Virus record (IMG/VR): IMGVR_UViG_3300027852_000012
Span: 1 to 44,822 of that record
Length of the DNA: 44,822 bases
From: a virus
Reading direction: 5' to 3' (one strand)
Positions 13,997-22,931 of the stretch are shown piece after piece. Both the position numbers and the translations under genes were made by a program. The number at the start of each line of letters is the position of its first letter. Within the stretch, counting starts at the first letter, position 1. Below the pieces are notes generated by a model, which saw nothing but the letters and a program-made list of their open reading frames with translations, made no database searches and had not been told where the DNA came from.

Positions 13997-14257
13997 TCCA
14001 CACTAAGTTAGTTCCTCCTACCTTCTTACCCACCACTAACATAGTTAAACCATCACAACTTAGTTAGTACTATCTAACTTCTCTCACTACTCCTTCCTTC
14101 CTACCTACTCTCTACCTAACTACTACCATCCTACAGAAGATAGGTCCACCTAACATTATCACACAATCCTACCCCCCCACCATCACAAAACCATCCCCAT
14201 ATCATCGTCATTACCTGCTTTCGGAATATATCCACTGTGGAGGATAATGTTGATTGA

Positions 14258-14291
14258 GGGCCAAATGGGCCAGTGGGCCAGTGGGCCAAAT
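14258..14291. repeat. Four tandem GGGCCA(A/G)(A)T repeats about 80 nt upstream of terS (candidate pac or terminase-recognition site)
   Basis: The run reads gggccaaat gggccagt gggccagt gggccaaat. A further aggccaatat lies at 14317-14326. Confidence 0.75.
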
Positions 14292-14332
14292 ATCCGATTA
14301 TAAATTGTTGGTCTTAGGCCAATATATGTTGG

Positions 14333-14361
14333 TTGCTTACTAAGGCTAAATAGGCTATAAT
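14333..14361 (+). promoter_or_regulatory. Sigma70-like promoter positioned to give a leaderless terS mRNA
   Basis: TTGCTT (14333-14338), a 17-nt spacer, then TATAAT (14356-14361). The ATG at 14368 is 7 nt after the -10. terS is the only well-supported CDS here without any SD. Confidence 0.4.
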
Positions 14362-14367
14362 AATAAC

Positions 14368-14838
14368 ATGAATGACAGCAGCAGCCTGACTACACAGGAA
14401 CTCATAATAATGGCTATGTATCAGATTGGCAATGGGCCTACGGCCATAGCTCTGCGATGCGGCTTGGATTCGGCTACGGTACAGAACTTCCTAAAGAGTC
14501 CTAGGGCCATTGCCTATCGTCTCGAACAGGAAGAGGCTACTGATCAGCTTATGGCTGGGTTATACCGGGACGGTGCTGAGGCCTTGCGCCGAGCACTAGT
14601 GCATCCTGATCTGAAGTATAGCCTGAAGGCCGCGGAGCTAGTATTCAAGGTCCTCGGCAAGATGAAGCCTGAGGGAGCAGAGTCCGATGGTCCCCAAGTC
14701 CATATAGATAAGATACTGCAAATAATCCAGCAACCGCCTTCAACACAAGAACTAAAAGAGGCTAAGCAATATTGTGCAACCAGAACAATTAGTGCGCCTA
14801 CGCAGACAGTTTCGCGAGCTGTTGCAGATAGCGAATAA
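14368..14838 (+). CDS. terS: Terminase small subunit (HTH-type), putative
   Basis: 156 aa lying immediately upstream of, and overlapping, terL. N-terminal HTH-like segment: GNGPTAIALRCGLDSATVQNFL. Confidence 0.5.
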   Translation: MNDSSSLTTQELIIMAMYQIGNGPTAIALRCGLDSATVQNFLKSPRAIAYRLEQEEATDQLMAGLYRDGAEALRRALVHPDLKYSLKAAELVFKVLGKMKPEGAESDGPQVHIDKILQIIQQPPSTQELKEAKQYCATRTISAPTQTVSRAVADSE

Positions 14839-16423
14839 AGAACGTACTACAGTTCCATTCGACTTGAATGAGCATCAGTTAACCTATCAAGGCAATAAAT
14901 CTACAAGGGATGTGCTTCTCAAGAGCCGTCAAATGGGCTTTTCTACCTGTATCCTTGGTGAGAAGTTCCTCAAATGTATTAGCGTCAGAAATACCAAAGC
15001 AGCCATTATTAGCCACGATAATAAATCCACTGAGCAACTATTTATGCACGTTCACTTCTTTGAGAAGCACTGCCAAGTCCCAATTAGGACAAGCCGCTCT
15101 AGTAGGTATGAGATGGTCTTTCCAGATACTGATAGCACTTTCTACGTGGGCACAGCTGGAGCTAGGGAATTTGGCCGTGGAGATACTATCACCGATCTGC
15201 ATTGTAGTGAGTTTGCTTTTTGGCCTAATCCAGAGAAGATTGTTCGTGGGCTATTTCAAGCAGTGCCCAAGACAGGGCATATTGTTCTTGAATCTACTGC
15301 TAATGGTTATGGCAATAGCTATCACAGGAGGTGCCTGCAGGCTCTTAAGGGAACCAGTACTTGGAAGCTGCACTTCTATCCTTGGTACATTGCAAATGAA
15401 TACCAGCTCTTCACAGATAGTGACTTTGCTCCTTCCGAAGAGGAACTGCGGTATGCCCTAAAGGTAAAGGAGGCCACTGGTGTTACCCTGACTAGCAATC
15501 AACTCCTATGGAGGCGCTTGAAGATTGAGGAGTTTGGAGAGGATCGTCAGGCCGGCATTACTCCAGAGAGATACTTCGAGCAGGAATATCCCCATAACTT
15601 CGACTCGGCTTTCCTGACCTCCGGTAGCAGTATCTTTGCTCAACTTGGTATTGATTCTGCTATACCACCTAAGCCACCGACTCCCCTCTTTGCCAATGGC
15701 TATGCTCAAAGCCCAGATACTATCAATCCCGCACAGGTTTCCTACCATCCTCCGAAGGCTAGTGCGCAATATGTCATAGGGGCTGATCCTGCAGAGGGCC
15801 TAATGCAAGATGAATCGGTGGCGGAAGTACTGGAATGCTGTAGACAGCCAAAGCAAGTAGCTGAGTATGCCAGCGCTGAGGTAGCACCGGATGAGTTTGC
15901 TTATGTCTTGGCCAAGATGGGCAAGAAGTATAACAATGCCAGGATAGTAGTTGAGCGTAATAATCACGGGCTTGCCACCCTATCCATCCTTAAGAGGATA
16001 TATCCAATAGGCCTTATCTACAAGGAGAGGCGCTTAGCTACTCGTGATCGCAGTGATCCTACTGGGGAGGTATTAGGAATACGTACTACGCTGAACAAGG
16101 CCAAGATGGTAGATGATCTCTATGCCTTGCTCAGAGATGGTCTTACCTACTACAGCGCCTTCCTTGACGATGAACTAAAGTCCTTTGTTGAGATAAGGAG
16201 CCAAACTGGACACATACTCCTAAGAGCTCAAGAGGGTTGCATGGATAATAGAGTTATGGCTTTAGTTATGGCTTCTCAGGGTTACCTATCTATGCATAGG
16301 TCTATATCCACACCCAGTGAGAAGGTTATTCCTTTTAATAGTGTGGCAGCAATGCATAAGAGGATGAGGAAAACTAGAATAAAGGACAGTCTTATAGATA
16401 ACTACATTGAGAGGTTTTGTTAA
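14774..16423 (+). CDS. terL: Terminase large subunit
   Basis: 549 aa. Walker A variant LKSRQMGFST (terminase_6-type RQxGxS/T). C-terminal nuclease-like region. The GTG start has the SD AAAGAGG. Confidence 0.8.
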   Translation: MQPEQLVRLRRQFRELLQIANKERTTVPFDLNEHQLTYQGNKSTRDVLLKSRQMGFSTCILGEKFLKCISVRNTKAAIISHDNKSTEQLFMHVHFFEKHCQVPIRTSRSSRYEMVFPDTDSTFYVGTAGAREFGRGDTITDLHCSEFAFWPNPEKIVRGLFQAVPKTGHIVLESTANGYGNSYHRRCLQALKGTSTWKLHFYPWYIANEYQLFTDSDFAPSEEELRYALKVKEATGVTLTSNQLLWRRLKIEEFGEDRQAGITPERYFEQEYPHNFDSAFLTSGSSIFAQLGIDSAIPPKPPTPLFANGYAQSPDTINPAQVSYHPPKASAQYVIGADPAEGLMQDESVAEVLECCRQPKQVAEYASAEVAPDEFAYVLAKMGKKYNNARIVVERNNHGLATLSILKRIYPIGLIYKERRLATRDRSDPTGEVLGIRTTLNKAKMVDDLYALLRDGLTYYSAFLDDELKSFVEIRSQTGHILLRAQEGCMDNRVMALVMASQGYLSMHRSISTPSEKVIPFNSVAAMHKRMRKTRIKDSLIDNYIERFC

Positions 16424-16477
16424 TATGGCTAAAGCCAGGCCTCTGGCCCAGAATAACCAAACATCTATGGAGGTCAT

Positions 16478-17980
16478 ATGTTAGATAGTCCTCTGGGAGA
16501 TTTAGAGAGCACAGCTGAGGAGGTGAAGTTCACTCCTGTGCGGTATACCAACTGGGCCAGTATTATAGGAGGCCTCGTCACTAGGCGTCGTACTACCGAG
16601 AATAGGATGACTAGGATATATAAGAACTACCGAGGTAATCAGCAGATACTAGGAGATGAGGATGAGATCATTGTGAATGTGACCTTCGGTGATACTAGGG
16701 TGTTGGAATCGATGCTTTACTTTACGGATCCATACATCAGAGTGCGGCCCAGTACTAATCCTAGCATAGCTCCGAAGGCTCAGCTCCTAGAAGGAATCCT
16801 AAACTCTATCTGGTACACTGAGAGAATTGGTCGGCAGATAAGGCGTTGCATAGTGGATGCTTGTCTCGTAGGGATCTCTTGGATGCAAGTAGGCTTTAGT
16901 GATTATCATGACCCTAATATGCTATATAGAGGAGGTAAGGTATTCGCTAAGCGCAGATGTCCTATTGATCTCTATACAGAGGATGACATCTCCAACTTTG
17001 ATGAAGCAACCTTCTATGCTCGGAGGGGCTTATACTCTACCCGATGGCTTAAGAGACTCTTTAAGAGAGAGTGGAAAGCTGATACAGATACCAATGTCTT
17101 TCAGCGTCGTGGTGTTAGCGGACGTAAGTCCACACAAGCGATGCTCTATGAGGTAGAGGACTTAGTTGAGAAGCGGCTATTCATAATGTCCCCACAGCAT
17201 AAAGCAATAATACACGAGACAGCTCTTCCTTATGATTATTTTGAAGGCTCAATGTATGTGCCCTTGGCATTCGTAGATGATCCTGAACAGCTAAATCCTA
17301 TCAGTATGACTGAGATTATAAGTGGTCAGCAAGATGAGCTTAATCGTATTAGGACTCAGCAAATGCGGCACAGGAAGAGATATAATAGACGCTATCTAAT
17401 GGAACGTGGGGCCATGAAAGATGAGGAGATTGCAAAGGTAGAAGCAGGGGAAGATGGAGTAATTGCCAAGACAGAAGGGAGTCCTAAAGGTGTAGTAGTT
17501 CCTATTGAGGATGCCCCTCTGGACTTGGGAGGTACTAGGGACTATCAATTAGATATAAAATCAGACAGGAGAGAGATCCTAGGTATCAATGAGTACCTAA
17601 GAGCTGGGGCTGTTCCTAGGACGAAGACAGCTCAAGAGGCTAGTATGATACAGCAAGGTAGTAACATCAGAAGTCAGAACTTGGCCTGTTACCTACACGA
17701 GTTTGTAGTGGATATAGCTAGACGGCTCTCACTCATTGTACAGCATGAGTATGATGATATCAACTACTTACCAAAGCAAGAGGGAGAGGTTGTCTCTTGG
17801 ACCAAGGAAGATATTGCAGGAGACTTCGAGGTAGAGATTGAACTAGGCAGTACACTTCCTCCGCAGCCTATTCCTTATGAGACACTCCTCAATCAGGGCA
17901 AGACTCCACCTGGGCAAGGAGGTATGCCGGGAGGTATGCTAGGGGCAGAAGGTGCTATGCCTCCGGAGGGAATGGGATGA
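16478..17980 (+). CDS. Portal protein, putative
   Basis: 500 aa, placed directly after terL and before the scaffold and capsid genes. SD GGAGG. Gly/Met/Pro-rich C-terminal tail. Confidence 0.6.
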   Translation: MLDSPLGDLESTAEEVKFTPVRYTNWASIIGGLVTRRRTTENRMTRIYKNYRGNQQILGDEDEIIVNVTFGDTRVLESMLYFTDPYIRVRPSTNPSIAPKAQLLEGILNSIWYTERIGRQIRRCIVDACLVGISWMQVGFSDYHDPNMLYRGGKVFAKRRCPIDLYTEDDISNFDEATFYARRGLYSTRWLKRLFKREWKADTDTNVFQRRGVSGRKSTQAMLYEVEDLVEKRLFIMSPQHKAIIHETALPYDYFEGSMYVPLAFVDDPEQLNPISMTEIISGQQDELNRIRTQQMRHRKRYNRRYLMERGAMKDEEIAKVEAGEDGVIAKTEGSPKGVVVPIEDAPLDLGGTRDYQLDIKSDRREILGINEYLRAGAVPRTKTAQEASMIQQGSNIRSQNLACYLHEFVVDIARRLSLIVQHEYDDINYLPKQEGEVVSWTKEDIAGDFEVEIELGSTLPPQPIPYETLLNQGKTPPGQGGMPGGMLGAEGAMPPEGMG

Positions 17981-18255
17981 GTATAACTGGAACTTATAGG
18001 ATGGTAAATGGAGCACTAATCAGGATATCTGTTAGGGTGCCTAGAATTGGTGCCGTCACAAGTGACTTATGTTCCTTTGCTAAGCCTTACTGGGATACGA
18101 ATATTGGAGATGATCCAGTATACCTCAGTTCAAGGAAACAGAAGGCAGAACTACTTAGAAAACAGGGACTAATTGAGAAATCCAGAGTACATGGAGGAAT
18201 TGACGAATGCAAGAGAAATCAAAAAAAGACGTACTTCGATCTGTCAAAGGAATGA
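17977..18255 (+). CDS. Hypothetical protein (92 aa)
   Basis: ATGA overlap with the portal stop. Confidence 0.5.
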   Translation: MSITGTYRMVNGALIRISVRVPRIGAVTSDLCSFAKPYWDTNIGDDPVYLSSRKQKAELLRKQGLIEKSRVHGGIDECKRNQKKTYFDLSKE

Positions 18256-18434
18256 TTCTTCGTATGGTAAAAAAACCAAATAAAGATCAGAGAGGGGCTT
18301 TAGTGGAGGCGTTAAAAACCTTCAGAGCTAAGGCTACTCCTAAGGCCTAATAGGGCCAATTAACCTGGCGTTAGCTATGTTCCGTAACTAAGAGTAGTTG
18401 CCGATGTAATAGCTACGCAGAAGAGGAGGTACAA

Positions 18435-19139
18435 ATGCCACCAGAGCCTGAAGGAACAGAAGACCTGCAGCCTCAAGAAGGTAGCGAAACTGGAACACCT
18501 GATACTGTATCATTGGAGAAGTATAATGAGCTACTAATCCAGGCGCAGTCCAGTCAGGAAAAAGCACAATTACTTGATGAACTATTAGCCGATCCACAAT
18601 TTCAAACTTTTGTAAACGCAGCACCTGAAGATAGGGGTAAGGAGCCAGTTAAGGCCCTTCCAGCTAAAGCCCCTCCCAACCAGCCTGATCTTGTAGCAAC
18701 ACTGCAAGAAGCTATAAGACCTCTCAAAGAGGATATAGCTAGTATGAAGGAGACATACACTAAGGATCAGGAGGTTAGTTGGGCCAATGAGGCTCAGCGA
18801 GAGATTAAGGTTATGAGTACTGATAAGGAGAACTTTCCTTTCTTCAAAGAGGTCTCGGAAGAGATGACGAAGCTTATGGAGAGTGGCAGAGCTCTCAATC
18901 TCACAGATGCTTACCGCCTCGCTGCTTTTGGTAAGGCAGAGGCTCAAGGCAGAAGTAAGATCCTAAATAAGAAGGCTAAGCAAGTCGGTATTCTGCCTGA
19001 TAAGCAAAGGGAAGTTGATAATAAAGATGCTGGGAAGGCCGCTCTTAGTCCGGGAGGAAAGAGGTCTCTTAGGAGCATTCTTGATGATGCTGCGGATAAA
19101 ATAGGACTTGATATTGCGGAAGGCGAAGAAGGAGATTAA
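18435..19139 (+). CDS. Scaffolding protein, putative
   Basis: 234 aa, acidic and helical in composition, located between the portal and major capsid genes. SD GAGGAGG. Confidence 0.6.
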   Translation: MPPEPEGTEDLQPQEGSETGTPDTVSLEKYNELLIQAQSSQEKAQLLDELLADPQFQTFVNAAPEDRGKEPVKALPAKAPPNQPDLVATLQEAIRPLKEDIASMKETYTKDQEVSWANEAQREIKVMSTDKENFPFFKEVSEEMTKLMESGRALNLTDAYRLAAFGKAEAQGRSKILNKKAKQVGILPDKQREVDNKDAGKAALSPGGKRSLRSILDDAADKIGLDIAEGEEGD

Positions 19140-19142
19140 CCA

Positions 19143-20201
19143 ATGTCGACACATCGTGTAGATACAAGAACACTAAATGCACTACTCACTACCACCTTGG
19201 ATGATTACTCCGCTGAGATGGCTGATACTATATTCTCTTCTAACTATCTCTACTACATGTTAAAGAATAAGGGATGTTTTAAGAGTCAAGATGGTGGAGC
19301 TTATCTTAGGCGGCCTGTTATGTTTCAGGCTAATAGTACTGCCAAGTGGTACTCCGGATATGATCCGCTGGACGTTACGCCACAGGATGGTATGACTGAT
19401 GGAATGTATCCGTGGGCATCTTTAGCTGATTCAGTTTCTATCAGCAGAGAGGAGGAACGTAAGAATAGCGGAAGGAGTCGTCTTATCGGGCTCCTGGAGA
19501 AGAAGATTCTTCAATCGGAGAGCACCTTGATTGAGGAAATGAACACTGCTTTAAATGGTGAAGGGAAGTATAATATTTCCCAGACTACCAAAACTATGGC
19601 CGGCCTACAGTCTCTTATTCCAGAAGCGCCTGCTTCATTTGACGCTGGAGGTCTTGACGGAGATAATACGTGGTGGCAGAATAAAGTAAAAGGTAATGCA
19701 GGAACTACCTTCACCTGGGTCTATGATCTTGGTGATACGCCTGCTGAGCCTACCGGCGTTGCTGCTATGCGGCATCTCTATAACAACACTAAGAAGGGGC
19801 CCGGAGGACCTCCTAGTATTGGTGTCGGTAATCAGTACTTAATTGAGAAGTATGAGGGAGGCTTAGCAGTACAGCAAAGATTCAGTGATGAGAAGGTGGC
19901 AGGCGCTGGCTTTGATAATGTAAGATTCAGAGGCTCTACTTTATCTTGGGATGAAGATATAGCCACGGCTAGTATCACGAAGGCTCAAGGGCAGGGTACG
20001 TATGCGGTATTGTACTTCATTAACCCCAAGACTTTTGAGATTATCTATGACTCTCAATCACTCTTTGCACACGAGGGGTTTGTAAGGCCTGAGAACCAGA
20101 CGGCAAGAACATCCCTGATTGTATTCATGGGGAATAGCACCATAACCAATAGGCGTAAGTGTGGTTTGATGGTTGATGCAAATGTAACAGATATTGAATA
20201 A
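19143..20201 (+). CDS. Major capsid protein
   Basis: 352 aa, following the scaffold gene. SD AAGGAG. Size and position are typical of HK97-fold podovirus coat proteins. Confidence 0.7.
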   Translation: MSTHRVDTRTLNALLTTTLDDYSAEMADTIFSSNYLYYMLKNKGCFKSQDGGAYLRRPVMFQANSTAKWYSGYDPLDVTPQDGMTDGMYPWASLADSVSISREEERKNSGRSRLIGLLEKKILQSESTLIEEMNTALNGEGKYNISQTTKTMAGLQSLIPEAPASFDAGGLDGDNTWWQNKVKGNAGTTFTWVYDLGDTPAEPTGVAAMRHLYNNTKKGPGGPPSIGVGNQYLIEKYEGGLAVQQRFSDEKVAGAGFDNVRFRGSTLSWDEDIATASITKAQGQGTYAVLYFINPKTFEIIYDSQSLFAHEGFVRPENQTARTSLIVFMGNSTITNRRKCGLMVDANVTDIE

Positions 20202-20259
20202 GCTTCTAAACAAGCCCTTAGGGGCAAACAAGCCGTAAGGCAAAAAGGAGGTACTACAG

Positions 20260-20715
20260 ATGTTGTTTCAAAGAATAAATCGCACGGATCCAGAGAAAGT
20301 GTTCGTCATTGTTAAGAATAGTTATTCCACTGCTTCCTTAACAAATGGACAATCGGCACAGTGGGACTATGTCACGGATGCTGATGGCATCGCAGTAACT
20401 AAACCGGCGGCCACTGTCAATGGGCTGGGCGCTCCTTCCTTCGGAGGGATCATCACTCAGACTATTGCATCCGGGGACTATGGACTAATGCAGGTATATG
20501 GGCATCACACCGCTATCAGGGCCAGAACTACTACCGGGGGAGCTCCTGCAATTGCCAAAGGTACGGCTCTCAGGGGGCCGATTGCGGCAGCTTTTTGCAT
20601 GGAGTCCGTCACTGTAACTGGTACGGACTCGAATTGCTTCGCAATGGGAATTGCTGGTGCTGCCAATGCCACTTGGACTACTGCAGCGATTGCTGGCTTT
20701 ATTCGTGCAATGTAA
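20260..20715 (+). CDS. DUF2190-like capsid decoration / head-associated protein, putative
   Basis: 151 aa, Gly/Ala/Thr-rich beta-type sequence (GIITQTIASGDYGLMQVYGHH...AKGTAL). It follows the capsid gene. SD AAAGGAGG. Confidence 0.45.
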   Translation: MLFQRINRTDPEKVFVIVKNSYSTASLTNGQSAQWDYVTDADGIAVTKPAATVNGLGAPSFGGIITQTIASGDYGLMQVYGHHTAIRARTTTGGAPAIAKGTALRGPIAAAFCMESVTVTGTDSNCFAMGIAGAANATWTTAAIAGFIRAM

Positions 20716-20739
20716 TATAGTTACTTGAGGAGGTGACGT

Positions 20740-21006
20740 ATGAACTATCAACTATTAACAAACCTATGGAAGTTTAAAACGCCTAATAAGATTGCGGTAC
20801 GTTGTGGGTCCTGCCATAGGCTATTAAGTTTAAAACAGTGTCTCAAGGGTGGCTGCAAATGTGGTCACCGTGAGATGCGTGAAGCAAGATGCCTAACTTT
20901 AAGGGAGAGATTTAAGATTAAATTTTTAGGTTTTAAGCCGGCCTTAGCAGATGGTGATGTGGGCAAGAGATTAGACACACCTAGGGATATGGGAGGTGTT
21001 CAATGA
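20740..21006 (+). CDS. Zn-ribbon-like small protein (88 aa)
   Basis: RCGSCHRLLSLKQCLKGGCKCGH has a CxxC...C...CxC pattern. SD GAGGAGG. Confidence 0.55.
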   Translation: MNYQLLTNLWKFKTPNKIAVRCGSCHRLLSLKQCLKGGCKCGHREMREARCLTLRERFKIKFLGFKPALADGDVGKRLDTPRDMGGVQ

Positions 21007-22349
21007 AAAAAAGGGTGATGATTGGAATACCTGCTTTTGCTGGTGTTGATGGAGAGATACTTGAGGACCTTATGTGCTTAGCCTTTCATCTTGGCAGGCG
21101 AGAGCCTGAGTATGACTTCTTCCTTAAGGTGATTAGCAAGAAGGAACAGTTCAGGGCTAGGAACTTCCTAGTCAATATGGCCTTGGCTGGTGGCATGGAT
21201 TATCTTTGGATGTTGGATGATGATATGGTCATTCCTCCTAATGCCTTCAGTCGATTAATAGCTCATGGTAAGGAAGTTACGGGGGCCCTATACTATCAAA
21301 GAACACATCCTTATAATCCTGTTATGCTTAGAGCTATTAAAGGAGCCAGAGGTACTGTCAGGCATGAGTGGATTCACGACTTCAAGAGGGGTCTAATACC
21401 TGTGGATGTTATTGGTGGCGGGTGTATGTTATTTGATATGAAGGTGTTTAAGAATATGCCCGAGCCTTACTTCTGGATTGATGGAATAATTGGTACTGAT
21501 ATCTACATATGTACTAGGCTAAAGGAGTTAGGATATCAGCCCTACTGTGATACTACTCTGGAGTTAGGTCATCTGGGAGAGAGGCAAGTAGTTACTGGTA
21601 ATGACATGTCTGTTAGCGTACGTAAGTTCGGGAGCTATGCTGCGGAGTTTGTTAGTGATGTTCAGGAATACTTACATATGACTCCTGATATGTATGAGGA
21701 GAAAGTCTCTTATGCTATAGCATCTAGGGAGGTGGTGTGGAATAGCAAGAAGCGTGGGACTCCAGAGGAGATTGCTAGTTATTACCGGGAGCAGGGAGCA
21801 ATGAATATTTTGAGCTGGAGTTGGTATAATACTCAGGATAAGTGGTCAAGGGACTTCTACCCACAATTCATGGAGGCTACTTGGTTGAAGGCACTAGGAG
21901 TTAAGAAGATATTGGAGTTTGGTTGTGGGCTTAGTCTTCTGGGGGTGTCGCTATGTCAGCAAGGCTTTGAGTTAACCTGTGCTGATCTTCCTAATGTTGC
22001 AACTATGGACTTTGCTAAGTGGAGAGCTAAGAAGTATGATATAGCATCTAGGTTTATTGACTTGCTCCACGGAATACCTGCCTGCGGTAAGCAAGATGCT
22101 ATTATGCTATTTGATGTAATTGAGCATCTGCCTGATCCCTGGAATACTCTTAATAAGCTTATGCTACTACTAAATTCAAAGGGGGTGATAATAACAGATG
22201 CCCATATGAAGACCTTTGCAGGTGCTGAGCAAGGATCACCGCAGCACCTAAAGCGCTATGATAGAGATACCTTTGCTTTAGATTTATGTAAGAAGTTCAA
22301 TATGGTACAAAGTTTAAATAATCCTTATTTATTTAGGAGGGCAACATAA
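21003..22349 (+). CDS. Fusion of a GT2-like glycosyltransferase (N-terminal) and a class I SAM-dependent methyltransferase (C-terminal)
   Basis: GT-A features: LWMLDDDMVIPPNAF and GGGCMLFD. Methyltransferase motif I ILEFGCGLSLLG, acidic residue after beta-2 in TCADL, and motif IMLFDVIEHLPDP. Confidence 0.7.
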   Translation: MKKRVMIGIPAFAGVDGEILEDLMCLAFHLGRREPEYDFFLKVISKKEQFRARNFLVNMALAGGMDYLWMLDDDMVIPPNAFSRLIAHGKEVTGALYYQRTHPYNPVMLRAIKGARGTVRHEWIHDFKRGLIPVDVIGGGCMLFDMKVFKNMPEPYFWIDGIIGTDIYICTRLKELGYQPYCDTTLELGHLGERQVVTGNDMSVSVRKFGSYAAEFVSDVQEYLHMTPDMYEEKVSYAIASREVVWNSKKRGTPEEIASYYREQGAMNILSWSWYNTQDKWSRDFYPQFMEATWLKALGVKKILEFGCGLSLLGVSLCQQGFELTCADLPNVATMDFAKWRAKKYDIASRFIDLLHGIPACGKQDAIMLFDVIEHLPDPWNTLNKLMLLLNSKGVIITDAHMKTFAGAEQGSPQHLKRYDRDTFALDLCKKFNMVQSLNNPYLFRRAT

Positions 22350-22540
22350 TGGGAACACAAGAGAGAACAATTGTTTGTATGGCGATAAGAGTTATTAAGA
22401 AAGTAGGTCTGTTAGATATGTTAAAGAAGGCCGCTGAAAAGACTGAGAATGGAGCTGATGACATGGTTGTCTCTTTGCTCATTAGCGCGATTGAGATGGC
22501 CGATACGGTGATTTGTCAAGCAGAGGAGACAAATCTATGA
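22349..22540 (+). CDS. Hypothetical protein (63 aa)
   Basis: SD AGGAGGG. TAATG overlap upstream and ATGA overlap downstream. Confidence 0.5.
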   Translation: MGTQERTIVCMAIRVIKKVGLLDMLKKAAEKTENGADDMVVSLLISAIEMADTVICQAEETNL

Positions 22541-22905
22541 CAATACTAAGAATTATAAAGAAGACGGCTATGGTGGTGTGTGTTGTACTACTACTTGCCC
22601 CGTTTGTGTTTGGCCTACCACATACCAATAGCTATAAGGCAGTATGGGATGCCAATACTGAAACAGATTTGGCTGGATACTACCTTTATTGGAGAGTGGT
22701 TGATGGAGTATTTATTGCTACAGATAAAATTGATACTCAGCTCATTACTGAGTGTGACCTCTCTGCTGTGCCTTCTGATACTATACTAGCAGTAACAGCT
22801 TATGATACATCAGGGAATGAATCGGGATACAGTAACGAAGTAAATTTTACGAAGGACCTCTTGGCCCCGGCTGCACCAGGTGGTCTACAGATAGCAGTCG
22901 AATAA
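22537..22905 (+). CDS. Signal-peptide (or N-anchored) fibronectin-type-III-like protein (122 aa)
   Basis: Start re-picked to the ATG at 22537, with the SD GAGGAG. Signal-like N-terminus MTILRIIKKTAMVVCVVLLLAPFVFG. FN3-type signature WDANTETDLAGYYLYWR...VTAYDTSGNESGYSNEV. Confidence 0.6.
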   Translation: MTILRIIKKTAMVVCVVLLLAPFVFGLPHTNSYKAVWDANTETDLAGYYLYWRVVDGVFIATDKIDTQLITECDLSAVPSDTILAVTAYDTSGNESGYSNEVNFTKDLLAPAAPGGLQIAVE

Positions 22906-22931
22906 TAAGAATAGAATGGTGAGGAGGTAGT

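Noticed and set aside
14247-14303. 18-codon ORF (MLIEGQMGQWASGPNIRL) with an SD-like GGAGGA overlapping the GGGCCA repeats
   Set aside because: The SD-ATG spacing is only about 3 nt, and the peptide sequence is just the translation of the DNA repeats. I treat the repeats as a DNA-level signal. A leader peptide remains a remote possibility.
14910-15461. 183-aa alternative-frame ORF inside terL. Many antisense ORFs inside the structural genes fall in the same class, for example 18585-18947, 23188-23573, 28135-28386, 33100-33378, 36829-37104 and 39220-39534.
   Set aside because: They are embedded in long, well-supported CDSs. They have no SD and no recognisable motif, and their composition is typical of off-frame translation.
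18252-18350. 32-codon ORF (MILRMVKKPNKDQRGALVEALKTFRAKATPKA) in the gap before the scaffold gene
   Set aside because: The ATG overlaps the upstream TGA, but there is no SD at a proper distance and the ORF is very short. The gap also contains nested hairpins (tagctat/atagcta at about 18372-18417). I left it unannotated as uncertain.
20202-20259. Terminator after the major capsid gene
   Set aside because: I found only 3-4-bp GC stems (gccc ttag gggc; gcc gtaa ggc) with no U-tract. That is too weak to call.
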